NCBI GenBank assembly: GCA_963772835.1
Contig: CAVYYZ010000011.1
Span: 128,001 to 192,000, forward strand
Direction of reading: 5' to 3'
From: an uncultured delta proteobacterium
Lineage (GTDB): Bacteria; Desulfobacterota; Desulfuromonadia; Geobacterales; Pseudopelobacteraceae
DNA length: 64,000 bases
Part shown: positions 58,263 to 64,000 of the stretch, one piece after another
How positions within the stretch are numbered: position 1 is the stretch's first letter
Layout: the number at the start of each line of letters is the position of its first letter
Notes under the pieces: generated by a model
What the model was told of the DNA's origin: nothing
Databases searched by the model: none
What the model saw: the letters and a program-made list of their open reading frames with translations, nothing else
Translations under genes and position numbers: made by a program

Positions 58263-59654
58263 TCAGTAATCTTCTTTGTTGATACCATACCTCTTTATTT
58301 TCCGATACATGGTAACCATGTTCATGCCTGCTTCCCGCGCTGCCAGGTCGATATTGCCGCCGTGCCGTTTCAGAAGAGTTATCAGCAGATCAGTTTCAAA
58401 ACGTTCCAGTGCTGTAGAGTAGGGCACGCCGGGGTCAATCTGCATGGTGTCGTGTACATCGGCAACTCTGCCCGCATCGGTCTCGACAAACTGTGCAAGC
58501 GTATCGCGTGAAATAAATTCCCCGGTTTCCATTGCCATGCATGCTTCTACCACGTTTTTGAGCTGCCTGACATTGCCCGGCCATTCGTTTGCACACAAAA
58601 CATGCATGGCGGAGCTTTCAAATCCCTTTATAGCAGTTTTGAACTTCTGGTTCTGGAGCTGTATAAAGTGTGCAGCGAGCAGAGGGATATCGCTGCGTCT
58701 CTCCCGCAACGGGGGAATGTGTAAAGTGACAACATTCAGACGATAGTAGAGGTCTTCTCGAAACGCCCCGGATTTTATCGCTTCTTTCAGATCGGAGTTG
58801 GTTGCGGACAGGATCCGCACATCAACCCGTGTCGGGGTGGTGTCTCCAATCCGGTTGAACTCTTTCTCCTGCAGAAACCTGAGGAGCGTTTTCTGAACGT
58901 TCATCGGCAGGTTGCCGACTTCATCCAGAAATAGTGTTCCGCCGCCGGCGGCTTCCAAAAGCCCGCTGCGGTTTTCTGTTGCTCCGGTGAATGATCCTTT
59001 TTTGTAGCCGAACAGCTCGCTTTCAAGCAGATTTTCAGGTAATGCGCCGCAATTGATGGCAACAAATCTTTTCCCGCGCCGCGGGGAGTTGTAATGGATC
59101 GCCTGTGCGATCAACTCTTTTCCGGATCCGGATTCTCCTGTAACGAGGATTGATGTGTCCCTGACAGCGACTTTGCCGACACGTTCCAAAACATTTTTCA
59201 ACCCTTCGCAGGCCCCGACAATATTTTCAAAGCTGAATTTTTCGCCCAGTTCGGCACGCAGTTCGCGGTTTTCTTCGAGCAGTTTCCGTTGTTGCAGGGC
59301 ATTCTTTACCCGATAGACAAGTTCGTCAGGTTCGAACGGCTTCGTAAGCATATCATACGCGCCCTTACGTAATGCCTGAATAGACATGTCAACGGTTGCG
59401 TATGCGGTCATCATGATGATTGGAATATCATGCTGTTTGGCCTTTATTGCCTGCAAAACCTCCAGCCCGCTCATGCCGGGCATTTTGATATCACTGATGA
59501 CCAGGTCCCACGAGAAGGCTTTGAAATCATCGACCGCCATTTGAGGCGATGTGAAAGACCGTACCAGATACCCCTGGTCCACGAGAATGTGCTCCATCAT
59601 CCGGCAGAGTCCGGCCTCATTATCAATCAATAAAATACGTTTTTTATCGGCCAC
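58263..59654 (-). CDS. NtrC-family sigma-54 response regulator
   Basis: REC (SDIKMPGMSG), GESGSGKE, ESELFGYKKGSFTGA, WPGNVRQL, Fis-type HTH. Confidence 0.93.
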   Translation of the reverse strand: MADKKRILLIDNEAGLCRMMEHILVDQGYLVRSFTSPQMAVDDFKAFSWDLVISDIKMPGMSGLEVLQAIKAKQHDIPIIMMTAYATVDMSIQALRKGAYDMLTKPFEPDELVYRVKNALQQRKLLEENRELRAELGEKFSFENIVGACEGLKNVLERVGKVAVRDTSILVTGESGSGKELIAQAIHYNSPRRGKRFVAINCGALPENLLESELFGYKKGSFTGATENRSGLLEAAGGGTLFLDEVGNLPMNVQKTLLRFLQEKEFNRIGDTTPTRVDVRILSATNSDLKEAIKSGAFREDLYYRLNVVTLHIPPLRERRSDIPLLAAHFIQLQNQKFKTAIKGFESSAMHVLCANEWPGNVRQLKNVVEACMAMETGEFISRDTLAQFVETDAGRVADVHDTMQIDPGVPYSTALERFETDLLITLLKRHGGNIDLAAREAGMNMVTMYRKIKRYGINKEDY

Positions 59655-61610
59655 TTATATTTCCTCTCTCCCGATCGGCAGCGTGACTGTTACGCATGTT
59701 CCCGTGCCGACAGTACTGTCAATGCGGATCTCTCCATTGTGCTGCTCTATTATCTGCCTGGTTATAGCCAGTCCCAGCCCCGTGCCGCGGGCTTTAGTCG
59801 TGTAGAAAGGCTCAAAAATTGTTTCCAGGCTTTCCGGCGGAATGCCGCAGCCGCTGTCACTGAAAGTTATGCACACGTGCCCGGCATTGCCGGCAGCAGT
59901 CCCGACGGTCAGGGTGCCGCCGTTCGACATCGCTCCGCCCGCGTTAAGGATGAGATTTATAGCCACTTGCCTCATCTGGTCACCGTCAAGTTCAATTAAC
60001 GGCAAACCGGTTGCGAACCGGGTATTTATTGTTATTCCCTGCATGTCGGTATGATTGGCGGCAAAGTCGACAATGTGCTGCAGCAGATCATTGAGATCGG
60101 TCGGTTCGAGAGCCGGCCGGGGAGTGCGGGCGTAGGATAGCAGGTCCTGAACTATTTTTTTGCAGCGCTTGCTTTCCCGTTTTATTTCGTGAATGTACTG
60201 ATAATTCGGATCGTCCTCACTCATCTTGCTTTCCAGATACCCTGCATAACCCAGGATAACCCCCAACGGGTTGTTTATCTCATGTGCGACGCCCGATGAA
60301 AGCACGCCGAGAGAAGCCATTTTCCCCTGTTGGGCGAGATTGGATTCAATGGCCTTGTTACGCTGGATGATATCGGTCATTCGATTGAAGGCGCTCCCCA
60401 TTTCGGACAGTTCGTCCTCACCTCTGACAGTCATCCGTTCGTCAAAATTACCGCGTTTAACACGCTTGATAACGGACATCATGTGTGTGATCGGACGGGT
60501 GAACACAGTTGAGGCCCGGAACACAAGTGCCGTTGCAACCGCTCCGACGACAAGTATCAGAAGCGCCATGCTGACAAGTATTCGAGTCTTTATCTTGTTG
60601 GCCTCATGATAAAACTCGTCCTCATATGATCCTACTGCAACGATCCAGTCCCACGGTTCGAAATAATCATACCGCACAATCTTCATCCGGGTGGAGGAAT
60701 CAGCCGTGTTTTTCCAGGGATATCGAATCCAGCCGCTTTTTTTTGTGCACATTTCTCTGATGAAGCTGTTGCCGTTCAGATCCTGTGCGTTTATCAGGTT
60801 CTTCCCTTCAGAGTCGGGGTGGATAGTAAAGGTGCCTTTTCTATCCATACAAAAAATGTAGCCGCTCGCCCCGACTTTTTTTGCGTTTATACTCTCCTTA
60901 AGCTTTGCAAATGACTGCCGTTCAAAGGCCGCATCGCCTATGGATTCATCCAGATAGCTGCCGGTGGCAATTATCCAATCCCATTCACGGAAATATTTGT
61001 ATGCCACCACCTTGGTCCGCGGTTCTTTGTCGCCAAGAACGGCATTTCGCCAGGGATAGGTGATGAACAGCGTTTCACCCGGCTTGCTGGCGAGGGCGGC
61101 TGCGCACATGTCCCGGATGAAAAAACGGCCGTTTTCGTCACGCTCATTAAATACATTTTCACCTTCACGGGCAATATGAGCCTGAAGGTTACCACGGCTG
61201 GTCATCGCATAAATGTATCCCGTTTCGCCGACATTTATTTTTTTCAATGCCTGGCGCGCTTCACTCTTTGCCATTTCCAGACTGATTCTGCCATATGCAT
61301 GCTGTCTCTGCTCGGTTGCAACAAGGTTGTAAGACAGTGCGGTCAACGTCGCCAATTCGTTATTGAGGTTCCGTGCTTTATCCTGCTTGTAGACCTGAAA
61401 CTGCTGATAGTGGGAATTAAGCAGGTCGATGCAGAATGATGAAAGATGCTGCAGATCATCTTTGCTGGTTTTGGTAACACCGCGGTAGGCCTGCTGGTTG
61501 GCAATAAAGCCGATTACTCCGGCAACAACAAAAATTGGAATTATCACAAGCGGTAAGACCAGTATCAGCAGCTTTCCGCGAAGTTTCAGCCTATTGAGTA
61601 AAGAATTCAT
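59655..61610 (-). CDS. Sensor histidine kinase with tandem Cache domains and HAMP
   Basis: Two G.xGY...HP/HI...WDWI Cache repeats, HAMP, GVAHEINNPL, FEPFYTTK, GTGLGL. Confidence 0.92.
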   Translation of the reverse strand: MNSLLNRLKLRGKLLILVLPLVIIPIFVVAGVIGFIANQQAYRGVTKTSKDDLQHLSSFCIDLLNSHYQQFQVYKQDKARNLNNELATLTALSYNLVATEQRQHAYGRISLEMAKSEARQALKKINVGETGYIYAMTSRGNLQAHIAREGENVFNERDENGRFFIRDMCAAALASKPGETLFITYPWRNAVLGDKEPRTKVVAYKYFREWDWIIATGSYLDESIGDAAFERQSFAKLKESINAKKVGASGYIFCMDRKGTFTIHPDSEGKNLINAQDLNGNSFIREMCTKKSGWIRYPWKNTADSSTRMKIVRYDYFEPWDWIVAVGSYEDEFYHEANKIKTRILVSMALLILVVGAVATALVFRASTVFTRPITHMMSVIKRVKRGNFDERMTVRGEDELSEMGSAFNRMTDIIQRNKAIESNLAQQGKMASLGVLSSGVAHEINNPLGVILGYAGYLESKMSEDDPNYQYIHEIKRESKRCKKIVQDLLSYARTPRPALEPTDLNDLLQHIVDFAANHTDMQGITINTRFATGLPLIELDGDQMRQVAINLILNAGGAMSNGGTLTVGTAAGNAGHVCITFSDSGCGIPPESLETIFEPFYTTKARGTGLGLAITRQIIEQHNGEIRIDSTVGTGTCVTVTLPIGREEI

Positions 61611-61758
61611 TGCGCCTCGGTCGGTACGTCATGCAGGCATATTTGAAATTTGCCTCTCCATGAGTTTCGGTTTATAAGATAAGTCGGAACTAAAAGCAAC
61701 TGCCACCGGATCTGAAAGTTTTTACATCACCATAAATCGGTTTTCAAGGATATCGAAT

Positions 61759-63024
61759 ATGTCCAAAAAACGTGTAGTTATTGCCGGTATGGGTTTTGGC
61801 GGATTACGCGCAGCGAAAGTTTTGGCCGGCAGCGATGTCGAGCTGATAATGGTTGATCGCAATAATTACCACCTGTTTCAGCCGCTTCTTTATCAGGTGG
61901 CAACTGCCGGGCTTGAACAGGAAGCGATAGCCTATCCATTGCGTGGTTTGACCCGCCGCTGGCGGGGTGCCTCGTTTCTGCTTGGTGAAATCTGCGGCAT
62001 CGACCTGGCGGGAAAATGCCTTCTGACCGATGCGGGCAGGGTGAAGTATGATTATCTGGTCGTTGCCGCCGGCAGTCGTACTAATTTTTTCGGCATGGAA
62101 AGCGTCGCGACACACGCCTTTGACCTCAAACAGCTTGATCAGGCAGAGGATTTGCGGAACCATATCCTGCTGATGTTCGAACACGCCTCCCGGGAGCCGG
62201 ACCCGATTCGCAGAAAGGCTTTGCTGACATTCGTGGTCGTCGGGGGAGGGCCTACAGGCGTCGAGTTCTCAGGAGCTCTGCGAGAATTGATCGTTCATGT
62301 GCTTTCGCAGGATCATCCCACAATACCCACTGCCGATACAAGGATTGTTCTGGTTGAGGCTGCCGATTCGCTGCTGACTGCCATGCCTGCAGACCTCAGG
62401 CGGTACGCGCATCAAAAACTGATTTCCATGGGGGTTGAAGTGCTGCTGGGTAACAGGGTCGTCGGGGCGACTGCTGAAACAGTTGAACTGAACGATGGAG
62501 CCATGATCACTTCACACACGCTGTTCTGGTCGGCAGGGGTTGCTGCGGCGGAAGTGGCGGAATATCTCCCGGGAGTTGCACGGGGCGCTGCCGGCAGAAT
62601 CGTTGTTCAGCCGGATCTCAGTATCAAAGAGTACCCGGAGGTGTTTGTCATTGGTGACATGGCTTACTGTCTCGAAGACGGGTCGCCATTGCCGATGATG
62701 GCTCCGGTAGCGAGTCAGCAGGGAAATTATGCAGCCAGGGCCATTTTTGCCCGTCTGCAGGGGAGAAACCTCCCACCGTTTCGTTATCTGGACAAGGGGG
62801 CAATGGCGACAATCGGAAGGAGTTCTGCTGTAGCCGCCACCGCAGGATTTACATTCAGCGGGTATACTGCCTGGCTTGCCTGGCTGCTGCTGCATCTGTT
62901 CTATCTGATCGGATTTCGCAACCGACTGGTTGTCATGATGAATTGGACCTACGCCTATTGGTTTCAGGAGCGGCAGGTTCGACTCATTACGGCTAACAAG
63001 CGCCGGGCTGATACATTGAAGTAG
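61759..63024 (+). CDS. ndh: Type II NADH:quinone oxidoreductase
   Basis: GMGFGG, HLFQPLLYQVAT, GGGPTGVE, VIGD, DKGAMATIGR, LIGFRNR. Confidence 0.92.
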   Translation: MSKKRVVIAGMGFGGLRAAKVLAGSDVELIMVDRNNYHLFQPLLYQVATAGLEQEAIAYPLRGLTRRWRGASFLLGEICGIDLAGKCLLTDAGRVKYDYLVVAAGSRTNFFGMESVATHAFDLKQLDQAEDLRNHILLMFEHASREPDPIRRKALLTFVVVGGGPTGVEFSGALRELIVHVLSQDHPTIPTADTRIVLVEAADSLLTAMPADLRRYAHQKLISMGVEVLLGNRVVGATAETVELNDGAMITSHTLFWSAGVAAAEVAEYLPGVARGAAGRIVVQPDLSIKEYPEVFVIGDMAYCLEDGSPLPMMAPVASQQGNYAARAIFARLQGRNLPPFRYLDKGAMATIGRSSAVAATAGFTFSGYTAWLAWLLLHLFYLIGFRNRLVVMMNWTYAYWFQERQVRLITANKRRADTLK

Positions 63025-63167
63025 ATGGTGCAAATTATCTCAATCCCCCGTTGGTCTTGACTTTTATCGTTTAAATCCCGTATTGTTGCGAATAGTGTTT
63101 GGAGTTCCTGTAAAAAAAAGAGACTTAATCTCTTTAGAGTTTCAAAGGTACGTATCGCGGAGAAATT

Positions 63168-63890
63168 TTGAAGGCATTTGTAATAATACCGACCTATAAC
63201 GAAAAAGATAACGTCCGGACTTTGACCAGTGCGGTTCTTGCCCAGCATGCAGATCTGCAGATTCTTTTCGTAGACGATAATTCTCCGGATGGTACCGGAG
63301 CAATTATTGACGATCTCGTTGCAGAAAATTCCCGGGTACACGTATTGCACCGGGCGGGAAAACTTGGCTTGGGCTCTGCGTATCGGGAGGGATTCAAAAC
63401 AGCACTTGCGAAGGGTGCGGACTATTTGTTTGAAATGGATGCTGACTTTTCTCATGATCCGGGGACGTTGCCGCTTTTTCTCACGGCGATCAGTGATAGT
63501 GATCTGGTTATCGGTTCCCGCTATCTCAACGGCGTCAGTGTCGTCAACTGGCCGATCAGGCGGCTGATATTAAGCTATTTCGCGAGTGTATATACCCGGT
63601 GGGTTACCGGTTTACGGCTGCATGACTGTACGAGCGGCTTTAAATGTTTCCGCCGCTCAACTATCGAAGCAATCGATCTTGAACGTGTCACCTCAGACGG
63701 GTATTCGTTCCAGATTGAAATGAATTACCGCTGCATGGAAAAGGGCTTTCGCATTTCCGAGATCCCGATTATTTTTATCGATCGCCATGCCGGCAGTTCA
63801 AAGATGTCCGGTACAATCGTCCGTGAAGCGGTACTGATGGTGTGGAAACTCCGACTCGGCACTATTTTTTCACGACTTTCGGGGAAATGA
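63168..63890 (+). CDS. Polyprenol monophosphomannose synthase (GT2, DPM1-like)
   Basis: IPTYNE, VDDNSPDGTG, MDADFSHDP, GSRY, GYSFQIE; TTG start. Confidence 0.92.
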   Translation: MKAFVIIPTYNEKDNVRTLTSAVLAQHADLQILFVDDNSPDGTGAIIDDLVAENSRVHVLHRAGKLGLGSAYREGFKTALAKGADYLFEMDADFSHDPGTLPLFLTAISDSDLVIGSRYLNGVSVVNWPIRRLILSYFASVYTRWVTGLRLHDCTSGFKCFRRSTIEAIDLERVTSDGYSFQIEMNYRCMEKGFRISEIPIIFIDRHAGSSKMSGTIVREAVLMVWKLRLGTIFSRLSGK

Positions 63891-63897
63891 TTTCACT

Positions 63898-64000
63898 ATG
63901 CCTCACGAACTTTGGTCAGTCATTCTCATCGCCGGTTTACTCGGCTGGCTATTCTCATGCATCATGCTGATGTTCAAGGCGTTTCCACAAAAAGATGTTT
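63898..64000 (+). CDS. Hypothetical membrane protein, truncated by window end
   Basis: MPHELWSVILIAGLLGWLFSCIMLMFKAFPQKDV... open to the end. Confidence 0.55.
   Translation, partial: MPHELWSVILIAGLLGWLFSCIMLMFKAFPQKDV

Overview
A gene-dense 64-kb chromosomal window from a Geobacteraceae-like (Desulfuromonadia) bacterium; the taxon is inferred from gene content such as a c7-type triheme cytochrome, a multiheme cytochrome and a lexA/dinB module. In order: the end of a glycan/LPS biosynthesis cluster with an AT-rich flippase/methyltransferase part and a radical SAM enzyme; a LigB-type DNA ligase; core genes (metG, PSP1/RicT-like, holB, tmk, rnc, M42 peptidase, guaB, guaA); a cbb3 oxidase operon (ccoNOQP); a sigma-54/DctBD-controlled TAXI-TRAP plus LarA-like, SDR and DHDPS-like catabolic cluster; an M23 peptidase followed by an in-frame bactofilin::actin-like (ParM/StbA/Mad28-type) chimera; rlpA; nudC; a split lexA ... 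dinB SOS module with a duplicated promoter; a P-type ATPase; a 12-heme cytochrome; several two-component systems; a sigma-54 operon of uncharacterised small and membrane proteins preceded by three copies of a palindromic enhancer; ndh; and a polyprenol-phosphate mannose synthase. I saw no tRNA/rRNA, CRISPR array, integrase or transposase. The best novelty candidates are the bactofilin-actin chimera (38.1-39.1 kb), the unknown sigma-54 operon (56.2-58.1 kb), the Dct-regulated catabolic pathway (25.5-37.3 kb), the signal-peptide-like LigB and the reciprocally eroded lexA/dinB duplication. All family calls come from motif recognition by eye; no database search was run.
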